Positions 25,282 through 37,114 of a stretch of 64,000 nucleotides of DNA are shown piece by piece. Each line of letters begins with the position of its first letter. Within the stretch, counting starts at the first letter, position 1. The notes under the pieces are model-generated. The model was not told the origin of the DNA. It saw only the letters and a list, made by a program, of their open reading frames with translations, and made no database searches. The stretch is from Octopus vulgaris (Eukaryota): assembly GCA_951406725.2 (NCBI GenBank), contig OX597819.1:129518001-129582000 (forward strand), given 5' to 3'. The position numbers and the translations under genes are program-made.

Positions 25282-25651
25282 TATATGTCTGTTTGTCAGT
25301 CCGTCTATCTATCTATCTATCCATCTATCTATGATAGACTTTTTCTAGTTTCTGTCTACCATATATACTCACAAGACTTTGGTTAACCTGCAGTTGAAGA
25401 TACATGTCCAAAATGTTACACAGTGGGACTGAATCCAAAACCACATGGCTGGGAAGCAAACAAAACCATGCCCGATTTTATATGAATATCAGAGCAGTTC
25501 ACCCACATAAGAGCAAGAGGCCACTGCTCAGGTGGAATTAGAACACTTCACAGTTCAAACTATTTTTCAACCGATACTTGAAACTAGCAATTCTGAAAGT
25601 GCCCATGTAAAATCAATAAGATTATGTTTAAAATGTCCAAAAATTACAAAC

Positions 25652-25794
25652 CTTGTTTCTCCCCCGATATGGGAGAGATATCCAGAGGGTTCCAGGAGGG
25701 TTTTACGAAGAAAATATTTAAAAACAAATGTTCCTTTCTTGAGTTATACTTGAAAGAAATTTAACTTCTGCTGAGCAGGAATATGCACGTCTGT
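25652..25794 (-). other. Putative non-coding (5'UTR) exon of the minus-strand gene
   Basis: Strong acceptor ttttttctgtag| at 25795/25794 and donor AAG|gtttgt at 25652/25651; stops in all three frames, no ATG. Confidence 0.45.
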
Positions 25795-25829
25795 CTACAG
25801 AAAAAAATAAATAATAATAATAATAATAA

Positions 25830-26030
25830 TATCTTTTTGACTATAGGCACAAGGCCTGAAATTTATAGGGAGGGGACTGGTTGAATACACTGACCCCAGT
25901 GTTTCACTGGTACTTAATTTATCAAACCTGAACAGATGAAAGGTGAAGTTGACCTTGGCGGAATTTGAACCCAGAACATAGCGGTGGGTGAAGTACTGCT
26001 AAGCATGCTAACGATTCTGTCAGCTCACCA
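25830..26030 (-). mobile_element. SINE family C, diverged
   Basis: ggcggaatttgaac / gattctgtcagctcacc segments. Confidence 0.7.
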
Positions 26031-26059
26031 CTTTATAAAAAAAAATAATAAGTATCAAC

Positions 26060-26240
26060 ACTCTATCAAAATAGATAGGAAAACAAGAAAAATAATGACA
26101 GGATTTAGGATGCGCCACTCAAAATCTAACACAGAAAGGCTAAATCTAACAACATATTGAAGGTGGTAGAGGCTAGAAAAGTATTACAAGATAGGACTAC
26201 AGAAATACCTACCTCAGAAGTAATTGCAAAAGTGATTTTA
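26060..26240 (+). mobile_element. R4/Dong-like non-LTR RT fragment
   Basis: IDRKTRKIMTGFRMRHSKSNTERLNL..GGRG resembles the DRKTRK.LT...HHPK.D..RLY.PR..GGRGL motif. Confidence 0.6.
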
Positions 26241-26464
26241 CTTCTACTATAATCATTTCTTAAATATAGCCACAAAACACGTCGTAATTCTACCAATTAT
26301 ATACGTTTTTATTATTTTTTTGCAATTTACTTAATCATTGATATTTCATTGTTATTTTAATATTTCTATTATATGTAATTTTCTAGATGGTGTAATTTAA
26401 TTGTTCATTTTGAATTGATAAAAGGTGTTTCTTTTCTAATTTTATATATATATATATATATATA

Positions 26465-26776
26465 AAATTATAAATAAGGCTGAAAAATCGATATTAATTT
26501 AATAATACCATTAATTTAACACCAAGTGGTGCACAAAAAACTACGGAGAAAATACAAATTTATACATAAATTATTAGAGAGTTATCCACTATGTGGATAA
26601 CTCTAGTGCTAAAATAGTCACCGAAGCAACCACAGGATCAGTTTCCAACTAGAATCAACATACATTTAACGGAAGGAAAGTGAAATACAACGTTGTATTT
26701 CACTTTCCTTCCGTTAAATGTATGTTGATTCTAATTGGAAACTGATCTTCTGTGGTTGCTTAATTTTAGCACTAGA

Positions 26777-26778
<2 letters not shown>
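26465..26778. mobile_element. Palindromic insertion, family F6 (probably PLE-derived)
   Basis: Near-perfect palindrome centred on tacaacgttgta (~26600-26778) plus 12-bp hairpin agagttatccac-tat-gtggataactct (26578-26604); inserted in (TA)n. Confidence 0.55.
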
Positions 26779-26824
<46 letters not shown>

Positions 26825-26828
<4 letters not shown>

Positions 26829-27073
26829 GTAAATTAATAAGTGACAATTATTCAATAGCCAAGATAAAACTCTGAGTTTCGGATGAAAGTGAATCCACAA
26901 CACCATCTCTTCGCTTATCTGGCGATGGTGTTGTGGATTTTCACTTCGGCATCCGAAACTCAGTTTTATCTTGGCTACGAATAATTGTCACATATTATTT
27001 TACAGATAAATTTCCTCTATTTACATAATATTGAGGTCTCTTTCTTTCTTTCGTTATCTTACCGTTTTTACCA
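26825..27073. mobile_element. Palindromic PLE-type insertion, family F3, with hammerhead-like motif
   Basis: Inverted arms agccaagataaaactctgagtttcggatg / catccgaaactcagttttatcttggct; minus strand agataa-GCGAAGA-gatg..catc-cGAAA-ctcagag-TT-ttatct; same family as 52618-52830. Confidence 0.7.
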
Positions 27074-27253
27074 GGCACGTAAGCACCATACACTCGCGGA
27101 GTGGTTGGCGTTAGGAAGGGCATCCAGCTGTAGAAACACTGCTAGATCAGACTGGAGCCTGGGGCAGTCCCTGCTCCCAGACCCGGTCAAACGTCCAACC
27201 CGTGCTAGCGCGGAAAACGGACGTTAAACGATGATGATGATGATGATGATGAT
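27074..27253 (+). mobile_element. Repeat family A copy
   Basis: Core and (gat)n tail. Confidence 0.85.
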
Positions 27254-27267
27254 ATGAGGGAATATGT

Positions 27268-28045
27268 GGATCTTTTCCTTTTGAACGGCAGATGTCAACA
27301 CAATTTCTAGTTAACTAAACACTTTTAAACTTCATATACTGGTAGAATGTGTTTATAAAACATCCTTTTTTCTTGGCTTTATTGAGAAAATTCTATAGTT
27401 TGTAAGATATTTTGTCTGAAAATCCGAGCATTTCGGCAATTTTAACCAATCGATTACCTCCATTCAACTAAAATCATTTGCTGCATCTAAAACTGAGACA
27501 TCCTGTCACTACCCTCAACCTAACCTTAACCCTAATTTTTTTTTCTTAGTTGTTAAATTAATTTAATTGTTATGCGTGTAAAAAACCCCGAAAGCAATGG
27601 AAAATGATTTAAACATTAACAAACAAAATAACTCTATAATTTTATACACACGCTTTCCGTACGTATACGGAGAGCGTGTGTATAAAATTATAGAATTATT
27701 TTGTTTTTTAATTGTTTAAATCATTTTCCATTGCTTTTGGGGTTTTTTACACGCATAACAATTAAATTAATTTAACAATTAAGAAGAAAAAATTAGGGTT
27801 AAGGTTAGGTTGAGGGGTAGTGACAGGATGTCTCAGTTTAAGACGCAGCAAATGATTTTAGCTCAAAAGAGAGCATAGGATTGGTTAAAATTCGAAAAAT
27901 TAAACTACGTTAAACAAACAAATTACAATTTTCTCAAGAAAGCCAAGAGAAAAAAATGTTTTATTTTGACACATTCTACCAGGATACGAAGTTTAAAAGT
28001 GTTTAGTTAACTAGAAATTGTCTGCCGTTTAAATGGAAAAGATCC
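27268..28045. mobile_element. Foldback non-autonomous DNA transposon (Merlin-like: GG termini, 8-bp TSD)
   Basis: TIR ggatcttttcc..aacggcag / ctgccgtt..ggaaaagatcc; TSD gaatatgt at 27260-27267 and 28046-28053; whole element is an imperfect palindrome centred near 27663. Confidence 0.85.
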
Positions 28046-28269
28046 GAATATGTTTGCGTTTGTCACCCACACCGCTTGACAGCTGGTGTTTTTTTTTTCT
28101 TTTTCTTCACGTTTCTATAACTCAGCAGTTCGGCAAAATAAGTCGATTTGTTCGACAGAAACCCTTCCAGCTATAAAAGATAGTGGGGTGGGGGTGGGGG
28201 TGTTAAGAACGTTAGTGCATTGAGTTACGTCCCTTGAAAATTAACAGAGAAACTATAACTGAAAGGCGG

Positions 28270-28790
28270 TGACACCCCAAAAGATCCCCCAAGCAAAATA
28301 AGCCGACCGTAGCGCAGCGTTAGAAAATTTCTTACGCGGTTGCGAAACAAATTAATGACAAAGGAAAGAAAAGAAAAGAAAAAGAAAAAAACTCGTAGTA
28401 CATGTCCTGCGCTTTTATTTACAATAACCGGTTCGGTTCGAAGATACTTTGTCGCAACACCATGTTTCTCTTTTATACATTCGTTTAAACAACAGATGAC
28501 AAAAGTGAGAAACCTGGAATAGTGACGAAGACAATTAAATCATCTTCGAATGTTCTCAGAGCGATCTAGGTTTAATGTTTACGGGTCAAGATGTAAACAT
28601 TAACCGCGATCTATGTTGGCTTAAAGTAGTTTTCACTTCCTACAAGGGTTTCCCATCAGCAATTTATAAGCTTTCACTTTCGCACGTTTCCCCCGATATC
28701 TACCTTTTCAGTTTGTCTACAAACGTAAAGTCGTCACGTATCACTGACAACTATTTGTTACTTTTGTATTCGTATATTACTAACGATTAT
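28270..28790 (-). promoter_or_regulatory. CpG-enriched putative promoter/first exon of the minus-strand gene
   Basis: Non-repetitive, locally CpG-rich stretch upstream of the 25794 exon; candidate donor CGC|gtaaga at 28336/28335. Confidence 0.35.
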
Positions 28791-29209
28791 CGAGGCAGTG
28801 ATCTGGCAGAATCGTTAGCACGCCGGACAATCAACTTATCGGCATATCGTCCCTCTTTGCGTTCTGGGTTCGAATTCCCCCGTGGTCAACTTCGTCTTTT
28901 ATCCTTTCAAGGCCAATAAAACAAGCACCAGTCGAGCACTGAAGTCTCCACCAGTCTCTTTTCACCAAGATTACTTGTCCTGTGACTACAGTAGAAAGAA
29001 CATTACTTTTTACCGTTGTTTCTTCACAATTTTTAATGAGACCCGACGAGTGGCAAGACAATTTGAATGGACCTTATGGTAGTAGAGTACTGGCCAATTA
29101 CAGTTGCTATAACACTGTGTAAAAGTCTTGGACAATTATTATTGACCATTTTCTAAACTGAAAGGAAAGTTTAAGTTTGCGATAAGACAAAACCAGACGT
29201 TCGTATTAC

Positions 29210-29625
29210 ATTGGTTCCAAATTTTGGCGAAAAGCCAGCAATTTCAGGGGAGGGGTAAGTCGATTACATCGATCCCAGTTCTCAGCTGATACTTACCTTA
29301 TCGACCCCGGTGGCATTTGAACTCAGAAAAGTAAAAGTCGGGAGAAATGCCGCTAAGCATTTTGCCCGGTGCCGTAACGATTCTGCCAACGAGTCGCATT
29401 ACGTTCGTGTAGGTTTCAAAATTCGGCACAATTTCAGCAAATTCTGGGGAAGGGTTAAAGTCGATTACATCGACTCCAGTGATCTATTGGTACTTATTTT
29501 ATCGACCGCGAAAGGGATGACAGGCAGAGTCGATCCCGGCAGAATTTGAGCTCAGAAAATAAGGACGGACGAAATGCCGTTGTGTATTTTGCCGGCGTGA
29601 TAACGATTCTGCCAGCTCGCTGCCT
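29210..29625 (-). mobile_element. Two tandem diverged family C SINEs
   Basis: gtcgattacatcga, atttgaactcagaa and gattctgcca segments occur twice. Confidence 0.7.
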
Positions 29626-29684
29626 TTTTTTGGAGGGGGGGGGTATTATATTGAGTACTCTTTCATTTCTGCGTGTGTTTATAC

Positions 29685-29727
<43 letters not shown>

Positions 29728-29730
<3 letters not shown>

Positions 29731-29900
29731 GAGTGGCTGTGTGGTAAGTAGCTTGCTAACCAACCACATGGTTCCGGGCCGACCAAAGCCTTGTGAGTGG
29801 ATTTGGTAGACGGAAACTGAAAGAAGCCTGTCGTATATATGTATATATATATATATATATGTGTGTGTCTGTGTTTGTCCCCCTAGCATTGCTTGACACT
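29728..29900 (+). mobile_element. SINE family B, internally deleted 5' part
   Basis: aggagtggctgtgtggtaagtagcttgc head. Confidence 0.8.
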
Positions 29901-29964
29901 GAAGCCCTCAGTCATCAGTCAAGAACCGGATCATCTTCGCAATTTCGGCTGATATATATATGTA

Positions 29965-30076
29965 TGTATCAAAATAAGCAACAAGGATGATTATAATCAC
30001 CCCATTTGATTTATATGGATAATACCATACCAAATTCTGGTGCCTTTAACTTAAGTACCATATTCATCTGAATCTA
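29965..30076. mobile_element. PLE-type family F4 fragment
   Basis: Shares tcaaaataagcaacaagga and (inverted) gtaccatattcatctgaatcta with 52863-53280. Confidence 0.6.
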
Positions 30077-30607
30077 AATTTTGCTGAACTTATAATATAT
30101 ATATACATACATACATACACACACACAAAGGCAGACAATGCTGACGACTCTGCAGACACGAATGTCCAAAAATTCTAATCCACAGACTTCTTTAAGGAGA
30201 CTATAGATTAGAACGTTAACAAGAGTTAGGAAAAATCTTTTTTCTTTCGTTATATCATTAAAAAGAATTGTCAAGTGTTGACGTTTGGATTCCACAGTGT
30301 CGTGTTGCAGGTATTAACACCAGTTCATTCTTCAGTTACTTTCTTCAACAGCAGTTATGTATTGTCGAAAAGTAAAAAGCAACTGATGTTTATTTTTCTG
30401 TTCACACACAGGGAGTATATCTTGCGTGTACATGGGGATGCATGACTGCTACTGTAGAATTTAGAGCTTAACGTAGATGATGCGGTGTGGTTAAGCATCC
30501 AAAGGCATTCAGATCCAATGCAGACTTACAAAGAACTTCAGAGGCAAAACGTGCAAAGAACAAATGATAGGAACTGGTATTTATCGTAATTTCTCTCCCC
30601 ACCTCCG

Positions 30608-30652
<45 letters not shown>

Positions 30653-30895
30653 GGTACTACTTGAGAACAGTGGTCCCGGTGCGCGCACTCGCTAGTCATG
30701 ACTAGTCGATCCTTACTTTGAATTTTTGTGTTTTATTTACTTTGTTTAACAAAAAATATTCACTTTGTGTAAAAAAATTGTTTATTTTGTGTTTCATTTA
30801 CTTTGATAGGTAGCCGTTGTAGGATCGACTGGTCACGACTAGCTAGCGCGGATGCGCGACTACGCGCACCGGGAACACTGTTCTCAAGTAGTACC
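30653..30895. mobile_element. MITE with TIR ggtactacttgagaacagtg; right end re-duplicated at ~30913-30978
   Basis: ggtactacttgagaacagtggtcccggtgcgcg / cgcgcaccgggaacactgttctcaagtagtacc; inserted in (TA)n. Confidence 0.85.
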
Positions 30896-32371
30896 TATAT
30901 ATGTTAATTCTTCGCGACTACGCGAGTGCGCGCACCGGGAACACTGTTCTCAAGTAGCACCTATATATGTTAATTCTTAGTGGTTCAGACCCTTGCGGAT
31001 TTATGTCTAGCGTAAGAGCGTCCACATAGTGGATTCTCTCTCATATTTATGTTATATATATATATAGAGAGAGAGAGAGATTATATTATTGAGTAGTAAG
31101 CAAAGTGAATATAATAGTTTTTCTGTGTTCTTGAATGGCTAACATAACTCTTCTACGATACAATTATTTCAATGCCAAACACCATCGGACACACATCGAG
31201 TGATTAAGGCCCAACATCCCGCAAAACCCCGAAATTTTGCAATTGACAGATGTCAACCTTTTAACAAAGGGAGGCGACCAGCATCCAGCAATCGAGCAAA
31301 GCCGTCACATTTACGTTTATAACATTAAGTGCGAGGAATCGGCGACCGTAAACGATGATCAAATACTCGAATGGAAGTCAACCGAATCCATATAACATGT
31401 GTCAAACGAAAGGAACGAACAATTGAGATATTATGAATACAAACCTCAAAATAAACAACAGGAAATGAGACGGTGAAGCACATCAAAATATTCAGGAGTG
31501 TGCTAAACTCCAAACTGTTTAGTGGTCGATATTTTTGACAGGTCTTGAACTGAACCAAGCGAAATGTCAGTCTCTCTATCTCGCCTCATCAGGTTAAAAA
31601 AAAAAAAGGGTAAATATTGCTCGTGAATAAATGGCTTTTAGAATAGATTGTGCGTTTTATAAACTGATTTTTTATTACCCACAAGGGGCCAAACGAAGAG
31701 AGGACGATACAATCTGATTTGGGGGTCAGACGAGCGAATGATTATACAAAAAAAATGACATAAAATTTTTTTACAAAAATAAGAAAATATAATAAAATCG
31801 AATGGTAGGACAGACCGGAAGACATTACGGATGGAGTGGGGGGGGGGGTAATTCGGACCCCACGAGCCCCACCTCACCGCTGATACCTGAGTTACATCCT
31901 GTGTCGCATTTATGAGGTTCCATCCACACGCAACATCCATGCTAGATTCTTTGTGCATCTTAAAAATATTATAGTCTACATTATATGTATGTATGTATAT
32001 ATATATATATATATATGTAATAATTAAAATATATGCATAGATACAAACATATATATATATATATTTTTTTTACTATGCATGCATTTACACACACACACAC
32101 ACACACATACATGCGCACATCATTATCATCGTTGTCTTAACGTCCCCTTTTTTATTCTCACATGGGCCGGCCATAACTTGCAGAGGCTGACTTTCTCCGG
32201 CTGGGTGCCCTTCCTGTCACCTATTTTCAAGTAAGCTAGTATTCCCATATGAACAGATATGTTTTCACAGAAGACTAAAAAGGAAGCATACTGCTTACAT
32301 GACGGTGGAACTCATTTACATCTATCATGCAAAGGCAAGTAGATAGTAACAAACAAACAAACATATATGTA

Positions 32372-32790
32372 TATCATCATCATCATTGTTTAACGTCCAC
32401 TTTCCATGCTAGCATGGGTTGGATGATACAACTGGGGTCTGGGGAAGCCAGACGGCTGCACCAGGCTTAGTCTGATCTGGCAGTTTCTACAGCTGGATGC
32501 CCCTCCTAACGCCAACCACTCCGTGAGTGTAGTGGGTGCTTTTTATGTGCCACCGGCACGGGGGCCAGTCAGGTGGTACTGGCAACAACCTCGCTCGAAT
32601 CTTTTACACATGCCACCAGCACAGGTGGCAGTAAGGCAACGTTGGTAACGATCACGCTCGAATGGTGCCCTTTTACGTGCCACTGACACGGAAGCCGGTT
32701 AGCTGCTCTGTCAACGATCACACTCGTATGGTGCTCTTTGCACCCCGCTAGTACGGATGGCAGTCATCGAATGTAATTTTGATTTCATAT
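32372..32790 (-). mobile_element. Repeat family A, long copy with several modules
   Basis: (cat)n tail at left, core, ttttacRtgccac modules. Confidence 0.85.
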
Positions 32791-33029
32791 TTTGATTTGT
32801 ATGATCTTTATTAAATTATACATCCTCACTATTTCATATATTTATGTGCTATTTTTTTCTTTTTTGCTTATAAACCACATTCAATCACATGTGGCTGTTT
32901 AGTAAGAAGATGGATGGATCCAGCAGAGGTAGAATCAGCAAAAAAAAAGGTACTCTATCCAGTGAGATAAGTATCAATTTAATACACAACCAAAAGAGCC
33001 ACAATTAGTGTCGTGCTTTTATGATACTT

Positions 33030-33320
33030 CATCATCATCATCATTTAATGTCTGCTTTCCATGCTAGCATGGGTTGGATGGTTCGATCAGGGTCTGGAAA
33101 GCCAAGATTCGAGCGAGGTCGTTGCCAGTGCCGGTGGCATGTAAAAAGCACCCACTACACTCTCGGAGTGGTTGGCGTTAGGAAGGGCATCCAGCTGTAG
33201 AAACTCTGCCAGATCAAGGTTAGAGCCTGGTGCAGCCATCTGGTTTGCCAGCCCTCAGTCAAAATCGTCCAACCCATGCTAGCATGGAAAGTGGACGTTA
33301 AACGATGATGATGTTGATGA
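33030..33320. mobile_element. Two family A 3' ends fused with tails pointing outward
   Basis: Minus-strand tail stub ~33030-33105 abuts plus-strand copy ~33106-33320. Confidence 0.75.
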
Positions 33321-33665
33321 TAGAAACAAATGGCTTGATATAACTGAGTTTTGTGTAAGACTGAACGGCTTACATTCATCAGATGCACATGTTTAAGATC
33401 TATGGATGAATGTTATGGAGAAAGTGAATTCTACAAAGCCTTTTGGGAAAATGGATACAAAAATTTCGTTAACATTTTCCTAACGAAAAAAAAATTATTG
33501 TGCGTTAATAGTGCAAGAATGGTAACTCATGGTTGAGGACAGAAGAATTGTTTTTTAGGTAAGAGAAAAGAGATAAAAGCAGATCTAGAAGTGTAGAGAG
33601 GCACAAAAGGCAAGAAAGAGATAGAATAAAGAGGAAAATAAAGAGATAGAATAAAGATAGAATAA

Positions 33666-33895
33666 GGCGGCGAGCTGGCAGAAATGTTAGCACGCTGGGC
33701 AAAATGCTTCGCTGTATTTCGTCTGCCGCTACGTTCTGAGTTCAAATTCTGCCAAGGTCAACTTTGTCTTTCATCCTTTCGGGGTCGATAAATTAAGTAC
33801 CAATTACACACTGGGGTCAATATAATCGACTTAATACGTTTGTCTGTCCTTGTTTGTCCCCTCTATGATTAGCCCCTTGTGGGCAATAAAGGAAA
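33666..33895 (+). mobile_element. SINE family C, full
   Basis: ggcggcgagctggcagaa head to ccccttgtgggcaataaag end. Confidence 0.9.
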
Positions 33896-34571
33896 AAGAA
33901 TAAAGAGGAAAAACAAGAGACAGAAGAAATGAAGAGAGAAAGGAGGTGTAAAAGAGGAAATGAGAAAGAGAAGGATGAGAGTGCAAAAAGGTTATGATGT
34001 AATGAGTAATGGAATGAAGAAATGGAGTGCACAGAGAGTCGACTGTGAGAAGCAATTGGGAAAAGGTACCTTGGACTAGTGTCTGAGAATGTACTTCTGC
34101 TCAAGCAAGCAATGTTTATGGTCTCTGACACGGTATTTAGATACATCCTGGTTGTGAGAGAGCTCATAAGTATCCATCTCTTCTCTGCTAAGCACTGTCC
34201 ATATCTGCCACTGTTGGAAGCTCTCTTATTAGATAGAACTTAATCTTGTTTCTTACTGTTAAAAAAAAATTTGTTTCTGTGATACACGATCCCTTTTGAT
34301 CGCTTTTTTTTTGTTTTTCCTTCTTTTTTTCCGATTCCTTTCGATCGGAATCTTACATTTGTTTCCTGTTTTCTTTTTCCATCTTCGAAAAGAAAAGCTC
34401 TACATTTGTATTTGTCCCCTCTGTATTTCAGCTCTGTGTGGCCAATAAAGAAATCTATCTTATTTGATAGAGGCAAGTGATGTAATTAGCAGCCTTATCC
34501 TTCAAACACCATGTGCTTGACCAGTACAGTGATGTTTTGCTTCTTGTAGCACCCAAATGATGTGATATAGT

Positions 34572-34860
34572 TCATCATCATCATCATCATCGTTTAACGT
34601 CTGCTTTCCATGCTAGCATGGGTTGGACGAATGACTGAGGGCTGGTGAACCAGATGGCTGCACCAGGCTCCAATCTTGATCTGGCAGAGTTTCTACAGCT
34701 GGATGCCCTTCCTAACACCAACCACTCCGTGAGTGTAGTGGGTGCTTTTTACGTGCCACCGGCACGGGGGCCAGTCAAGCGGTACTGGCAACAACCTCGC
34801 TTGAATCTTTTTACACATGCCACCAGCACAGGTGCCAGTAAAGCGATGTTGGTAACGATG
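34572..34860 (-). mobile_element. Repeat family A copy
   Basis: (cat)n tail, core, modules. Confidence 0.85.
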
Positions 34861-35296
34861 TATATGCATTTCTTGAAGGGCTCCTTTATCAATCCAGTAT
34901 AGCACTTTATGCTGGATACATTGTTCAGCTCAAAATCTTACTTCTACCTCATACCCAATGGCCTCTGTGTTTTGCAATAACCACCAAGTGCTAGAATTTT
35001 CAAGAGCTTGGAGTGAGCTTGTATGAAAGGTTATTCATGTGGACTATAACATCAGAGATTGATGACAACACATTTTTCACTTTTTGAAACTGAGTTTTTG
35101 TGACACTGACTTATTTCTTTATCAAATTTCATAGATTTTTTTAGGTGGAGGTGCAGAAGTATACGTTTTAGCTCTTAAAGTTATTTCTGCCAATAAATGG
35201 GAATAATTTTGATGGCCTTCATGGAATGTATTAACCATAACTACTCAACAGACTCTTAAATATGTATTATTAAAATTATCCTAGAATTTGAGACTT

Positions 35297-35530
35297 GAGG
35301 GCGGTGAGCTGGCAGAAACGTTAGCAATCCGGGTGAAATGCTTATCGGTATTTCGTCTGCTGTTACGTTCTGAGTTCAAATTCCGCCGAGGTCGACTTTG
35401 CCTTTCATCCTTTCGGGGTTGATAAATTAAATACCAGTTACGTACTGGGATCGATGTGATCGACTTAATCCGTTTGTCTGTCCTTGTTTGTCCCCTCTCT
35501 GTTTAGCCCCTTGTGGGTAGTAAAGAAATA
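35297..35530 (+). mobile_element. SINE family C, full, with 20-bp TSD
   Basis: tatcctagaatttgagactt at 35277-35296 and 35531-35550. Confidence 0.95.
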
Positions 35531-36321
35531 TATCCTAGAATTTGAGACTTCCTTTAAATTGGGTGTGTGTAAGATTAGCACCTTGATCTTTATCCTTTGT
35601 TACTATTGCTTTTCTTTTTCCCAAAGAAATGGCGCATCTTTGTGTTGTCATTAAACTCTAGGTCAGTCCTGATCTGTCAGAACAATGATCAAAGGCTTTC
35701 CAACCATGACAATCTTAACTGATTTTTCAGACGTCACTTCATTCAGCAAGTACGACCACATTATCCATAACAACCCTCCTTTTTCATAGAGTAGCAGGGA
35801 TTCGAACCCTAATTGCTTGGTATTTGCTTAGGCACCATGAGTGAACCAAAGTTTCATACGATTGATGTATGAATTGACCAATCAAAGCTGTAGCATGATA
35901 GGGTTTTAAACTTAACCTCCTGTCTCCTATAAAAACAGTTTGGCCCTTTAACTTGTCACAGAGTGTTGAGGGCAGCTGACCGATTCCCATGCTTTACCTC
36001 TTGCCAGGCAGAGCCCAGATAACTGACTACTGATGCCTCTGAATTTTGCATAGAATATTCTTGGCTCTTGAAGAGATAGCTTCATACATTCATAGAACAG
36101 TTTTTCTCCCTTTCAGTTAGCAATTTTTAATATTGCTCATTGTAAAAATCCAACACCAAATATCGTTATGTCAGGTGATAAATATTTGAGTTAAATGTCA
36201 GTGAGTTTGCTTCAGTTATTATTCACAGAGCAAGCACATTTCACATGTACACCATAACAATGATAATTAAGCCATCCGCTTCAAAAGTGGCAACTTAGAG
36301 CTTGAAGTATATCATCATCAA

Positions 36322-36637
36322 AATCTCTCGTGGAAGCGTCATCCAACCAAAGTACAAGTATATGGGAAATTACCACCTGTATCATCTCTTGTGAAAGGTA
36401 GAAGAGTCCAGTTTGCTGGACATTGTTGTAGAGTTGAAAACGAGGTAATTTCTACTCTTCTCCTCTGGAAGCCATCTACTCACAATACCAGAGGGCGCAC
36501 ACTCTCCTACCCTGATGTAATCTCCAGGGATACAGGCATCCAGCAACAGGACCTCCGTAATGCTATGATGGACCGTGAAGTCTGGAGTAACATAGTAAAT
36601 TCCATTGTCTCGACCATGGTTGAACAATTATGATGAT
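36322..36637 (+). mobile_element. RTE-clade LINE 3' end (a family distinct from family A)
   Basis: NLSWKRHPTK..RRVQFAGHCCR..LLLWKP..RGR..DLRNAMMDREVW; (tga)n tail; same family inverted at 48128-48472. Confidence 0.85.
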
Positions 36638-37114
36638 ATTATCATTGACCGGCTCAACAACACAAGAAACAAGCAAACTTTGCGATGATAATATAGGCTC
36701 TTATTTGAACAAGATCTGGCTGCTATTTCTAGCAAATAGAGGTTTCCTCTTTTACTTGTGAAGCTTTATGTACTGTTGTTTAGACCTAGGTCAATTTGAT
36801 TTGAATGAGATCTATGATTAGAGGCACTGCAGCCATGATCTTGTCATTTTTTAAGTATTATGCAGGATATTATCTGTGTTCTGTCTTTCTATGCAACTGT
36901 AGTAAGTTAATGGAACTTTGGCTTCCAACTTGATGACGGACAACACAAAAGGTCCCTTATTTTAGACTAATCAGTCACACTAGGATTTATGAGTCACTGT
37001 AGGTTGACAGATGCTAAGCCTGTGTCAATGCAAAAGTAACAGTAAAAATGAGTTTTATTTACATAAAGATTGAATCTCAATTTAATTAGAAGGAAACAAA
37101 AAAAGAGGGATTAA

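Noticed and set aside
27515-27536. Interstitial telomere repeat (aacctaaccttaaccctaa and its mirror at ~27793-27812)
   Set aside because: Only 3-4 degenerate units, an integral symmetric part of the foldback element
33990-34230. Possible CR1/L2-type LINE fragment on the minus strand (PIASHSRLSVHSISSFHY)
   Set aside because: Similarity to the L.HRR.V.SL..F motif is too weak to support by eye
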